A stretch of DNA of 64,000 bases, taken from positions 49,959-113,958 of the forward strand of contig VRVR01000058.1 of the NCBI GenBank assembly GCA_009859145.1. Reading direction: 5' to 3'. Positions 21,601 through 31,318 of this stretch are shown one piece after another. This DNA is from Andalucia godoyi And28 (taxonomy: Eukaryota > Protista > Jakobida). Numbering within the stretch: the stretch's first letter is position 1; each line of letters begins with the position of its first letter. The translations under genes were made by a program, and so were the position numbers. The notes beneath the pieces are model-generated. The model worked only from the letters and a program-made list of their open reading frames with translations. It ran no database searches and had not been told where the DNA came from.

Positions 21601-21932
21601 GATTTGTGGTGTTCGCTGCCCTTGCAGCCTTGTGCAAGTTCACCGAGAACGCCTTCTTCGACACGTTTACGTTTTTGCGAATGAATGAACTCCGAAGTGT
21701 GCTCCAACGATGGATTCCCAAAGACATTGTCGAAAGCTTCGACGTCTCTGTGGATGCCGTCTCTCTTGTCCCCACACGCTCCATGCTATCTTTTCCCGCA
21801 TTCGTCTCGTGCTTCGGCGCCTCTGTTCTGCACTGCACACCACTACAAGAAGCCGGATTTTCTACCGAACGGCCCGTATCTGATGTAGAACTCCATGAAT
21901 TTCAACGCGTGTGGGGCAACCTCTGTAGTTAG
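18690..21932 (+). CDS. NACHT/STAND-class NTPase with N-terminal helical domain
   Basis: Walker A VMLFGGPGFGKSST, Walker B LLILDGFDEI, sensor-1 CIVTCRP, winged-helix-like QFCIDAFRDYFAADFL. About 200 aa helical N-terminus; no recognisable LRR/WD/TPR C-terminus. Confidence 0.8.
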   Translation: MELLFSGVSKLVDLSIEGAIRYIKEWREERKYWRSGVLQDVDGILSLCDSLDIICNRAIVLAAMIPSDMVGSNGVAQDFIETISAVNTWVGEVIEYVRSTVVPGLEDSQRPGKYASAEVKKFRLSVVQFIKEAKEKVGDLDSLMDKQGKLLSTSMEISMAASLHGIEAALVRNAAATSEQMAVFMHDLSEICKARFCEPFDTNSSSFSSPSANASAYGYYCAQQAQLKEEARLERLYEVFLDSRCAMALPQCLRVRTEDFAQSAQKKGVGKDPYFLHELIVNVPISRYAQGEDDGGADGCGAQVGCFDYFLRLMAAPDAFRVMLFGGPGFGKSSTVRILSAICFITGSHRCGPTGMNAGAFARLNPAMDPQEVLQSILRRIGKSALEATPDHDGLVARRTVISLACKQVDAALRSAGTVDVPRYDIVRNLVANRMVDEGRASELPSDRAGLRSFLDRYFCNHPSLLILDGFDEIPSDRRDECKDAIQVFLQNFPCMSCIVTCRPVVLRDDDAVQSFVRDLRFTPVELHELHDASLLRQYATALLCKVYNVGEKDSATPSDAISAFLGDIEDTIQESSLSRGFFHVAMVTNLVVSGQRRCRSKPEIFYQYVQSIVDREALKIKDAVTMPGGTGSDEGRSSASMSSFVPNSESLTKIIRVFHDCCGALLTLLRLLTGDTVKFFFKEEGLGFNVTERMMHHAVRSILGDRCCDVNVQAIVDICEQQFRLLVPRDSETIQFCIDAFRDYFAADFLMHFAHSASDTNCFSASNLQDPSGIRAVFREIARSSLTHDLFLFLFGGAVFQMVCRNPTTMVQILDENNDAQALSFSGCFATYRLLQALHASLPTKICEPLQMVLVAALAEDRCTSSVVLCFPFALHGFAITAVPASFPAPLPPQLESEKFSSESVGHVLSRILRQSMLVRGDDGSLRNSWIAHPKTQELFEEVVNASGRLSSSQVRQLLGASVDVAKKSRFVVFAALAALCKFTENAFFDTFTFLRMNELRSVLQRWIPKDIVESFDVSVDAVSLVPTRSMLSFPAFVSCFGASVLHCTPLQEAGFSTERPVSDVELHEFQRVWGNLCS

Positions 21933-22050
21933 ACCGGGGTTTCTTTTTATAGTCTTTCAGCTTCCGAGTATTCTCAATTGTGATTTTTGTACTCTCTCAT
22001 CCCCATTTCTTTGACTTGCCGCCGCCCCCCCCCTTCTCGAAAGATATTTG

Positions 22051-23487
22051 ATGATGTGGCTCAGAAACTTGTTGTTTTCGCTTGCTTTGTTGCTGGGTGT
22101 TGATGCACTTGCTGCCGCGGCGCAGGCGACCCCGTCTGTGCGAATTGCGCTGACGCAGAACGCATTTGGAAAGTTTGTGGATGGAATTGTCCCTGCTGTA
22201 GCGGGAGCTCTGCAAGGGTCGACGTTTCCCGACTACCGCACTTCCGAGTCGGGGTTTGACATTGCTGTGACGTCGGTTCGTTTACAGACGTTTTCGGTCC
22301 CGGACTTTACGGCTGTGCTGCTGGCGAATGGAAATGTGCAGGTTTCTCTGCATCTGGACATCATGGTGACTGCACACTACGACATCAACCATGGTGGATT
22401 CCCAAAGATGCATACGTCGGGAGACATCAATGCTGGAGCTGCAAATGGTCATTTCACGGTTGTGATTGACTTGCAGGACAATGCGGGACATCTGCAAGTC
22501 TCCATTGCGTCGGCGTCGACGGACATTGGGACGTTTGAGCTGAAGATCACCGGCGGGCTTGTGCAAGAGCTTGTGTCGTTCCTGGTGGATATTTTCAACA
22601 AGTGGCTCCAGCCCCCAGTCAACAACGCCATCAACAATGCACTCACTGGATCGGCCAGCCAGGCTGTGCAGCGCGCGACAGCGTCGTATCCCGAGCAAGT
22701 CAGCATTGCCAGCGGGGTCCAAATCAGCTATGCGCTCACGGGTGCGGTGGATGAGAACCCTCAGATTCTGTCGATTCCAGCTTCGGGCGCGGTAGTTGGG
22801 CCAGGAGGGCTTGTGCCTCCGTTCCGTCCCGCCGTGATGCCTGCTGTTCTCGATACGGCCCACATGTTCCAGGTGCTCATTTCCGACTACTTGTGGAACT
22901 CGGTAGCGTGGATTTACACGCAGGAAAAGCTGCTTCAGAAGGACATCACGATCCAGGATGACCAGAATCTCAACACCACACGGTGGAGTTTGTTGCTGCC
23001 AAACGTGAAGTCGCTGTGTCCAAATGCCTGGTGCCCGATGGAAGTCATTTCTGGCATTTTTCCGAACAGCGCACCGACGTTTACACTTTCTGCAGCGAGT
23101 GGAATGATGCTGAATGTGCCGCTGCAGATGGATTTTGTCGTGGATAAGCCAGACGGCACAAAGGCGCCGGCATTTTCTCTGCAAATCTCCTTGGATCTCG
23201 TGTCTAAAGTCTCCGTGAAGAACCCGCAGACACTCCAGATTGAGTTTACGTACTTTGACATTGCCATCAAGGTTCTTGCATCGCCCATTGGCCCATTTGA
23301 CCCAACCATCATCAACGACGCGCTCAAGGAACTCTGCAATCAAGTCATTGTCCCGTTTGCAAATCAAATCGCCGCTGCCGGTCTTCCGATCCCGGTTGTC
23401 AATGGCATTTCCTTTGCCAACCCAGCAGTTGTCATTGCAGATGGATACCTTGCAGTTGCCACGGATATTTCTTACACTCCTAATTAG
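22051..23487 (+). CDS. Secreted BPI/LBP/CETP-family lipid (LPS)-binding protein, two domains
   Basis: Signal peptide; TPSVRIALTQNAF...FPDY (BPI-like N-terminus); HMFQVLISDYLWNS; C-terminal LPIPVVNGISFANPAVVIADGYLAVATD; about 478 aa. Confidence 0.9.
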   Translation: MMWLRNLLFSLALLLGVDALAAAAQATPSVRIALTQNAFGKFVDGIVPAVAGALQGSTFPDYRTSESGFDIAVTSVRLQTFSVPDFTAVLLANGNVQVSLHLDIMVTAHYDINHGGFPKMHTSGDINAGAANGHFTVVIDLQDNAGHLQVSIASASTDIGTFELKITGGLVQELVSFLVDIFNKWLQPPVNNAINNALTGSASQAVQRATASYPEQVSIASGVQISYALTGAVDENPQILSIPASGAVVGPGGLVPPFRPAVMPAVLDTAHMFQVLISDYLWNSVAWIYTQEKLLQKDITIQDDQNLNTTRWSLLLPNVKSLCPNAWCPMEVISGIFPNSAPTFTLSAASGMMLNVPLQMDFVVDKPDGTKAPAFSLQISLDLVSKVSVKNPQTLQIEFTYFDIAIKVLASPIGPFDPTIINDALKELCNQVIVPFANQIAAAGLPIPVVNGISFANPAVVIADGYLAVATDISYTPN

Positions 23488-23894
23488 CCGGAGAGCAAAG
23501 CGGGCTGGTAGGGGATGCGTGTGTATGGGGACGGGGTGGGGAGATGGGAAAGGCGGGGAGGATGTTGTAACTTACAAACCCAATTTTGTTTCGCATCGCA
23601 CGAAAAGAACTACCCTCCAACCCAAACCTCTCTCCAAACATTTGGCTCGCATGCTGCGCCTCAAAAACAGATTATTTGGCATAAAGTGACTTTTACAATC
23701 AGCATCAGCGCCCATCCAATGAAGTTCTCCTTTTGAGTGGACATCCGTGGGTACGCGCACCCCAAAAACAAAAAGGTCGGCCTTCATTCAACAGCAACGT
23801 CGACGGCTGCTAACTCAGCCATACTATCCGATGATATTCATAGCCGTCCACGAGACCTTTGGGTTGAAGGGTAGTACCGACGTATTCAAAATGA

Positions 23895-23931
<37 letters not shown>

Positions 23932-23978
23932 CCCGAATATTTACAGAGAGATGTTCAAAAATGCAGATTTGCAAAAGG

Positions 23979-25205
23979 CTAGACGGAGGTCGGGGACGAG
24001 AGTGGATTGGTGGTGACCACTTCCTTGCTTCTGTTTGTGTACAGATACCACGCCGCGTGCCCCGTGGAAGCTGCGAGCATTCCAAACGAAAACACGATTG
24101 CATTGAGAACAAACCACCAGAGAAACCGGTCGGGCTCATTTCGAACGAGTGCCCACCAATTGGTTTCGTCAATTGAAAAGAACACCAAGCACACAGCGAC
24201 ATACACCAGCAAAGCGTGCGCTTCGTATTTGTCGGCCATGAGCTCCAGCGCTCCGCGGTAGTTTTGTGCAAACAGCAACAGTGCCAACAGTAACAGAATG
24301 CCCACAAGCACGCCGTCATAAATCGTCAGCAGCAGATCAATCAGTCCGAGCGACACTTCGTTCGACTGGGTCTGGCTGTCGCCGACACTCGAGCCAAAGA
24401 ACGACACCGCGTGTGCAATCACGAGCACAATCGGAGGCACAAGAAGAAGAAGAAGACGACCATGCAGCCAAGCCTTCCTACGAATAATCGGCAGTCCAAT
24501 CGGCCGCAGCGGATGTCGGAGGTGTGGAAGCGCACACAAGCAAACAAAATCCATTTGCGATTTGAATGGGATCACTGCGCCCGACGAGGTGCCGGTTGCA
24601 AACGGAGAGCGGACAACAGGCGTGCTCGGGCATGAGCTAGGGCTCAAAGCCAAAGCCGAATCGGACATCGACGGCGCGCTACGGCCAGGACTGGGATTGG
24701 GATTGGGACTGGGATTGGGATTGGGATTGGGATTGGGATTGGGATTGGGGATGACGAGGACACAGCGATTGGATGGGCCGATGGGAGACAGTTCGCGACT
24801 GTGGCTGTTGGTGCTCTTGTTGTTGAGATTGTGGATGGACGTCGCTCCACGGCGCCTGTAGGTGCAATTGCAGCATAAGTCAATGGACGGCCCTGCGATG
24901 CAGATGAGCCGCCAGATGCGGATGATCATCGGGGAACAGATGAGTGCGAACCCGATCTGGAAACAGTATGTCGGGAACGGAGACGGGTTTGGGAAATTCC
25001 ATGTGTAGAATACTTTTGTGGCCAAGTTAACGCATACTCCGACCGATGAAATGATCAAATATGGAACTGTCTTTTGACGGCCCCGAATCGTGTGGCGCCG
25101 ACTGTATGCATACCCGCACGCCACCAGCGAACACGCCCACTGCACACTCACCAGTACCGTAAAGATGATCGCTAGCCACAACGGAAGAACATTCGGATAC
25201 GTCAT
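23979..25205 (-). CDS. Seven-transmembrane receptor-like protein (class C GPCR-like TM core, no ectodomain)
   Basis: Seven hydrophobic segments; TM3 FQIGFALICSPMIIRIWRL resembles the class-C-type motif; long intracellular loop with a (PN)n repeat. Confidence 0.6.
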   Translation of the reverse strand: MTYPNVLPLWLAIIFTVLVSVQWACSLVACGYAYSRRHTIRGRQKTVPYLIISSVGVCVNLATKVFYTWNFPNPSPFPTYCFQIGFALICSPMIIRIWRLICIAGPSIDLCCNCTYRRRGATSIHNLNNKSTNSHSRELSPIGPSNRCVLVIPNPNPNPNPNPNPSPNPNPSPGRSAPSMSDSALALSPSSCPSTPVVRSPFATGTSSGAVIPFKSQMDFVCLCALPHLRHPLRPIGLPIIRRKAWLHGRLLLLLVPPIVLVIAHAVSFFGSSVGDSQTQSNEVSLGLIDLLLTIYDGVLVGILLLLALLLFAQNYRGALELMADKYEAHALLVYVAVCLVFFSIDETNWWALVRNEPDRFLWWFVLNAIVFSFGMLAASTGHAAWYLYTNRSKEVVTTNPLSSPTSV

Positions 25206-25302
25206 CTGTCAGACCCCAACTGCAGTCTTTCGTTGTCCTTTCCCTCTTTGTGATTCTTTCTATCTATTTCTGAATTTCTCTTCTTGTTTATCTGTCTGAT
25301 AT

Positions 25303-25374
<72 letters not shown>
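25303..25374. repeat. Compound microsatellite (CA)14(GA)22
   Basis: Read directly. Confidence 0.9.
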
Positions 25375-25377
<3 letters not shown>

Positions 25378-26031
25378 GCATACACAGACACAGATACACA
25401 TATATGAACATCAAACAACATCATATCGGAGATTTGCTTATCCATCCAACCCAACGGGAACGCGATTTTCCTACCGTAGTCAAGTCTGGAATTTCTTTTC
25501 TGTTTTTAATGATCGAACCGTCAAGCACCTCCTTTCATCAAGGACCAAAAAATCATCGCATGGTTCCAAAGAGGAAGCTTCCCAGCAAACTCAGACCGGC
25601 CATGCCCGAAGATACCGAGAACCAAGGAACTTGTGGTTGCGATGACCCTTTGATGCAGAGCAGTCTGCATTGAAGAGTTGGTGCTCACCCCAAATAAAAG
25701 CAAAACATGCGGATTGGATCTGTCTTCGGTGACAGCGTAGCCCGCTGATCAGTAGTGATTCATGATTCATGTTTTTGGCGAGTACGCCTCGGAAACCAGA
25801 GACGCTACTGTAGATGGTGGCCACAGTAGGAACGAGCTCCCAGTTTTAACAGCCGATTGTGCGCTGGCAAGTGGCGGACTGGGAGCATCGAAAGGGTGTG
25901 CGGTTCTGGGGGGGGCGGAAGGGAGCGTTCAGAATCCAGGTGATGGTGACTGGAGGGGTGGTTGAGTTGGACGGGGGGACAGAGAGAGTGTGTGTGTGGA
26001 GCCACAAGCGAGGAGGAAAGACAAGAGACAG

Positions 26032-26066
26032 CAGATTCCAGATTCCAGATTCCAGATTCCAGATTC
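26032..26066. repeat. Tandem heptamer (CAGATTC)x5
   Basis: Read directly. Confidence 0.9.
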
Positions 26067-27366
26067 AAGAGTCTGGACAGCTCACGGCCTCGCGCCCCGC
26101 AGCAGCCCAGCAGAGCGCTGGGATCGGTGGCAGAGCGCAGATGGATCGCTGATCGCTGAGGTTGCCATCACCGCTCAGAAGTTTTCTCCGAGATCCCCGT
26201 CTGCTGGTGCTTGGAGAATCGGAGTTTGCCCCGGCGATGGCAAATTTGTGAATCCCGCCAAAACGATGTGATCCAAAAACCGCGGCAAGAGCGTGCGCTT
26301 GTGCACCGTGTCGCAGCATAATTGCTCCACGTCGCAACAGGCCACAAAACACCCCAGCAGCCTGCTCGTACGTGCTTTGCTGCCGAGTTTTGTCATCTTA
26401 GGCAACACCAGCCCGAGATGCAAGCAAACGATCTTTCCTGAAAAAGAGCGGCACAAAGGCATTTCCGATTTCCGCGCACGATCCGAGCTTTCCGACTTCC
26501 GGCGATGCACTTCAAAAGGCATGTCGCAGGGTGCCACTGCGCTGTTTGTGAAAGCCATCGCTCTGGTGCGAACATCTGCTCAGGAGGCGTGCGAGCAGTT
26601 CGTAGGCTAAATGTAACTAGGCACGAGCAGACGTGGTTTGCTGAGACGTAACGGCCGGCTGTGTAAGCACATGCCGCGGACCAGTCTGCCCGCTTGAAGT
26701 GCAACTTGCGAGCAGAGATGTGCGCACGAAATCTTCCCGTTTCGAGAACTTGTAATTCAACCCCAATTCAAGCCGGATGGACTGCTCGCACATGCTGCCC
26801 TGCTATTTGAAGGCAGATCACCGGAGACCTCATACTCGACGTTTTTAACTGCTTTCCCGCCCCGAGCCGCCTTTCCAAATCTGTACCGAATCGAGCACCG
26901 ATACGACGTGAACGGCTCATCAGTCATCACTCTTGAACTTTTTCCTTTTCTTGTTAATTTTTTTCCACATTTTTATTTTTTGTTTTTGCAAGATTTTTCT
27001 TTGTGGCTTGGGGATTCCTCGTTTTTTAAGCACCTCGTTTTTTCTCTCCATCCATCCCTTCGGCTGTCCATCTTTTCTTGTTTTGTTTTGGTTGTTTCTC
27101 TTTCTTTCTTTTCCGTTCTCCCTCCCTCCATCTTCCTTTCTAAAAAATCTCCGAGCTTTGCTGTTTGTCTCTCTGTCTGTCTCTCTGTCTGTCCTGGTCC
27201 TCACTCATTCACGCGCTCGCGCACTCACCCACTTACGCTTGTTGTCTGCTTTGTTTGTTTTGTTTTGTCTGCTTGTTGCTAGAGTTTTTGGTGTGTGTTC
27301 CCTCCCAACCCTCAACCCCTCTTCTCTTCTGTGTTTGACCCCTCCTCTTCGTCCTCCCAGCAAGCG

Positions 27367-28326
27367 ATGCAAATGATCCAAGACCTCATCGCGTCTGGCG
27401 ACAGTGCTCTTGCGTTCACATGGAACCTGGTGCTCGTCAGTCAGGACTTCATCGCCAACGACGTGCTCTTTGGAATTGCCATCCAACAGTTTCTTCAGTA
27501 CGTCTACGTCATCAGTTCTGTCATTATGACTGCTATCTTTCTATACTATCACCACTTCAAACGAGGGGAGGAGCGACCTCCAGCGCTACGGCTGTCGTTC
27601 ATCCTCAAATGGCTCGCAATCAACACAGTCGTCCTATTTATTGTTGCGGCGGTTCCTCCGTATCTTGGCCTCAAAGCCATCTTTCCGCGGCAACCACCGA
27701 CGTTGCTCGAGTTCAGCTGGCAGTTCCTTGTCGAGATGTTCTGGTACGACATCATCTTCTACTCGATACACTATGCGTTGCATGCAAACACATGGCTCTA
27801 CAAGAATATCCACTCGGTGCATCATCAGTGCAACCCAGTCATTGCGATCCACTCCCAGGTCATTCATCCGGTGGAGATGCTACTTATGGCCCTGCCGGCT
27901 ATCTTGCCCGGCGTGGTGCTCAACTACCATCCGATGTCGTACCTGATGTTCCAGACATTGCTCGTTGTCTACGGAGGATTTGTGCACGCACATTTCGAGA
28001 CAAACGTGGAGAAGTGGTCGCTCGGAGTCTTTTGCGGCTGCATTTCGCACGGCAGACATCACACGGCATGCGATACCAATTACGGCGGATTTACCACATT
28101 CATGGACCGCATCTTCGGTACGTACAGCTTTGACAAGCACTGCGAAAACAACACTCCCGTGGACGCTGTGTTTCGAGAGATAGACACCGCTCTATTCGGC
28201 AGAGAAACCACGCGAAAATCACCCGCCAAGCAGCCGCTATCGACTCTCACGCATCCCCATTCACCCGTTATATTTCGGCGGAACTCCGGGGTGCAGGAAC
28301 AGTCCATGATTGACGCCTCCAGCTGA
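27367..28326 (+). CDS. Fatty acid hydroxylase superfamily (sterol desaturase / methylsterol oxidase-like)
   Basis: His boxes HYALH, HSVHH, HAH, HGRHH; YGGFTTFMDRIFGT; N-terminal TM helices. First ATG at 27367. Confidence 0.9.
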   Translation: MQMIQDLIASGDSALAFTWNLVLVSQDFIANDVLFGIAIQQFLQYVYVISSVIMTAIFLYYHHFKRGEERPPALRLSFILKWLAINTVVLFIVAAVPPYLGLKAIFPRQPPTLLEFSWQFLVEMFWYDIIFYSIHYALHANTWLYKNIHSVHHQCNPVIAIHSQVIHPVEMLLMALPAILPGVVLNYHPMSYLMFQTLLVVYGGFVHAHFETNVEKWSLGVFCGCISHGRHHTACDTNYGGFTTFMDRIFGTYSFDKHCENNTPVDAVFREIDTALFGRETTRKSPAKQPLSTLTHPHSPVIFRRNSGVQEQSMIDASS

Positions 28327-28903
28327 CCGCCCCGCATTCAAATTGGTGCTCTGTTTCCAGAGTGTTTTTGTTAATACTGTTTTATATTTTTGTTTATTTG
28401 TCGTTGCTTTTGTTCGGATAGCCATTTCTGTCTGTTTTCCATAAAATTGTCTTGGAAGAAAAGCTTCTTTGGTCGTTCCTTGGGTTACCGTCGTATCGAC
28501 TCCACGGGGGAAGGTGTGCGTGTGTGTGTGTAAGGATGTCGCAGCTCGCAAGCCGTGGAGTCGGAAAGGCTTTTCAAACTGCCAAACTGTCACACTCTGT
28601 CACGGGACTCGCGGATGCGGCATGATGGAATGTGCGAATGTCGGCGTTTGTCGACTGCTCAAGTTGGAAAGACAAGAACTCCCAGATTGAGCTGTCGATC
28701 GATTTGCATGCAGCACTGTTGGGGGGTAGTGCTAATATAGTAACCGCAACCAGCATCGCGTTGAGAATCGTCACGGAGGAATTGTGACTTGCTGGCTTCG
28801 TGAGGTATTGGGGTGTTGAGTGTTGAGTGTGAAGGGCGCCAGTGCAGTGCATGAATGGTCGGTTGATTGCAGCACGACTCAGTTTCAACAAGCGTACCCT
28901 TGG

Positions 28904-30094
28904 ATGTCGACTGCATCGAATGCTCCATCGGCGAAATGGCTGCTTCTTGTGCTTCTCAGCAATGCCTGCTTTGCGTGCTACCCGGTGTTTTCGCGGTATC
29001 TGCAGCTGCGGTCGCACATTGGGACATTCACACTGACGGTGACTGCAAACTCGGTGGCGCTGCTGGCGCTTGTTCCGTACTTTCTGTATGCAACGCTCTA
29101 CGGGGCAGCATCGCAGAGTCCAAACTGGAAAGGTGTGATGAGGAACAAGTGGATGCCTGTGGTGGTGATATTGGTCGTTCTGCGCTCCGTGACCCTAATG
29201 CTTGCATCTCGATATGCCACTGCCGTTGTTGTGCAGGTTGTCGCTCTTCTTGTGCCGTTTCTCGTTGCTTTTCTTGCACGCGTGTTCCTCAAAGAGCATT
29301 TTTCAAAATTTCTGATTCCCGCAGCATTGGTCTCGACTGTTGGCGCAAGTTTGGTGATCTTTGGCTCTGCTTCAGGCACCAGCAGTGGAGATGACCAGGG
29401 GACCTCAGCAGGGCTGGTAGCCCTTGGTTTTGCGTGTTGTGTGCTCACAGTTGTCTTCTTGTCGCTTTACATGGTCAGTCTGCGAGTGTTTTCGAGGTCA
29501 ATGGGCTCCGCTGGCGAGTCCATGGGGATCATGCCGATGCACTATGGTGGTGTCATCGTAACTGGACTCGTGCTTGCCGCTGCGCTTGGAGAATTCAGCC
29601 AGGAATCCGGCTGGGGCAAAATGGATGCTTTTGATTGGCTGGTTTTCGCGTTGTTTTCCATCGGGGTTCTGGGGTTCGCAAACGTAGCACAGGTTGTCGC
29701 AATGAGACGAGTTCCCGCACCGGTTGCGGCGTCAATGCTGCCCTTTCGTCTCGTCATTGCCGATGTTGTATCGATGCTCATGCTCGGAGAGGATCTGCAT
29801 TCCGCTGTTCAGATTGCCGGAGGCGTTGTTATTTTTCTGTCCACTTCCACATACCTTGTACTGCAGGCCCGAAGCGCAGAAAAGGCAAAACGACAGTCGG
29901 AGTGGAAGAGACTGCAGGCTGAACGAACACAGCAGGAAGTTGAGCTGGTGGAGCAGCAGAACACCAGCCATGATGCGACGTTCTCGGACGACGACGCTCC
30001 ACTGCTAACGACCGAGATTACCTTGTCCGAAGCTGTTCCAGATGATGATGAAACGCATCTCAGCACGCCAAAAGAAGAAGAAGAAATGATGTAG
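28904..30094 (+). CDS. EamA/DMT superfamily transporter
   Basis: About 10 hydrophobic helices in two repeats (YATAVVVQVVALLVPFLVAFLARVFLKE; PAPVAASMLPFRLVIADVVSMLMLGE); acidic C-terminal tail. Confidence 0.85.
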   Translation: MSTASNAPSAKWLLLVLLSNACFACYPVFSRYLQLRSHIGTFTLTVTANSVALLALVPYFLYATLYGAASQSPNWKGVMRNKWMPVVVILVVLRSVTLMLASRYATAVVVQVVALLVPFLVAFLARVFLKEHFSKFLIPAALVSTVGASLVIFGSASGTSSGDDQGTSAGLVALGFACCVLTVVFLSLYMVSLRVFSRSMGSAGESMGIMPMHYGGVIVTGLVLAAALGEFSQESGWGKMDAFDWLVFALFSIGVLGFANVAQVVAMRRVPAPVAASMLPFRLVIADVVSMLMLGEDLHSAVQIAGGVVIFLSTSTYLVLQARSAEKAKRQSEWKRLQAERTQQEVELVEQQNTSHDATFSDDDAPLLTTEITLSEAVPDDDETHLSTPKEEEEMM

Positions 30095-30211
30095 ATAATT
30101 GTTTGTTTTTAACTTTTTTAAATGAAGGGGGAAATCCGGGTCTAAATTAATGTTGGTGTTGCACGACGGGCATGCAGCAGCTGCTCCTGGGTGGGGGACG
30201 GGTAAGAGGAC

Positions 30212-31318
30212 TCATCGGATAGTTGTCTTGACAATTCGGTTTCCGACTGCGGCAACAACATCTCGCCCTCCGACACGCTGCATTCCGACGATTCTTTGCA
30301 TGTTCGTTGCGGTTCCCTCGAGTTCGCGAACACGAACAACCGCGCCTTCCTCTTCGTCTTCAACGAACAGTATTGAATGCGGATCGTGGTGCCGCTGGTC
30401 CATACCTGACCTGCTACTGTGCATGGATGCATCCGAGGAAGCCGCCAAGAATTCTCGGTTGTGCTCAGACATCAAGTGTGATACGAGGAATCCTCTTCCC
30501 GACGCTGCAGTGGCCGCAATCACAGTTCCGTCATCCAGAACCAGCGTCTCTGCAACACCGTCCTCGATTGCCTGCGAGGAGAGCAGAGGGCCTCGAAGCG
30601 GATAGTCCCAAGAAAACGACCTCAGCCTGTATGACAAGCCGTCTGCGAGACTGCCGGAAGCAGAAGACAAGGCATCTGCAACCACTTGCCGACTTGGCGC
30701 AAGCAGCGGAGCTTGTTTCCGCCCAGAAACCACAAACAGCTCCGGTCGCGTCGGATGTGGCGCAAGCGAAGTAACGGATGAGAAGCACGACAGCATCGGA
30801 ACAGTAATCGCAATTCTCCCAAGCCTGAGATCAAAAATGCAAGCTCTCCGAGACTTTGTAGTGACGAATGAAAGCAAACTAGAGTTGGGAATCGTGGCCA
30901 AATGGCAAGCACAGTCAAGGTCAGATTCAAGGTTCAAAAATGCAACAGTCGTGCCTGCGCTGACGTCCGAAATGGCAATCTTGGCATCCATTAACCCGCT
31001 CGATGCCAACAGCCTTCCATCGAGCGACGCGATGGCCGCAACCGATCTGCTGTGCACTCCATCGAGCTTCAGCGTCGACAGATCATCGGTCGACACCAGC
31101 AGCGACCCCGTCTGCAGTCCACAGGCTGTGCCATGCGTTCCGATCGACGCCAGGCACGCAACTCTTGCCTCGACAATCTCCGACCGCTCATGCACCCAGC
31201 CGTCCCTCCCGCTGTAAAACGACAACACTCGACTGCTCTGTGATACCGTCACTATACGGTTGCTCGGCAAATACACGAGGTGCGACACGTCAGAATCACA
31301 TTCGATTAAGGCATCCAT
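30212..31318 (-). CDS. WD40-like beta-propeller protein
   Basis: GVHSRSVAAIASLDGRLLASSGLMDAKIAISDV and IFDLRLG, WD-like blades. Confidence 0.7.
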   Translation of the reverse strand: MDALIECDSDVSHLVYLPSNRIVTVSQSSRVLSFYSGRDGWVHERSEIVEARVACLASIGTHGTACGLQTGSLLVSTDDLSTLKLDGVHSRSVAAIASLDGRLLASSGLMDAKIAISDVSAGTTVAFLNLESDLDCACHLATIPNSSLLSFVTTKSRRACIFDLRLGRIAITVPMLSCFSSVTSLAPHPTRPELFVVSGRKQAPLLAPSRQVVADALSSASGSLADGLSYRLRSFSWDYPLRGPLLSSQAIEDGVAETLVLDDGTVIAATAASGRGFLVSHLMSEHNREFLAASSDASMHSSRSGMDQRHHDPHSILFVEDEEEGAVVRVRELEGTATNMQRIVGMQRVGGRDVVAAVGNRIVKTTIR

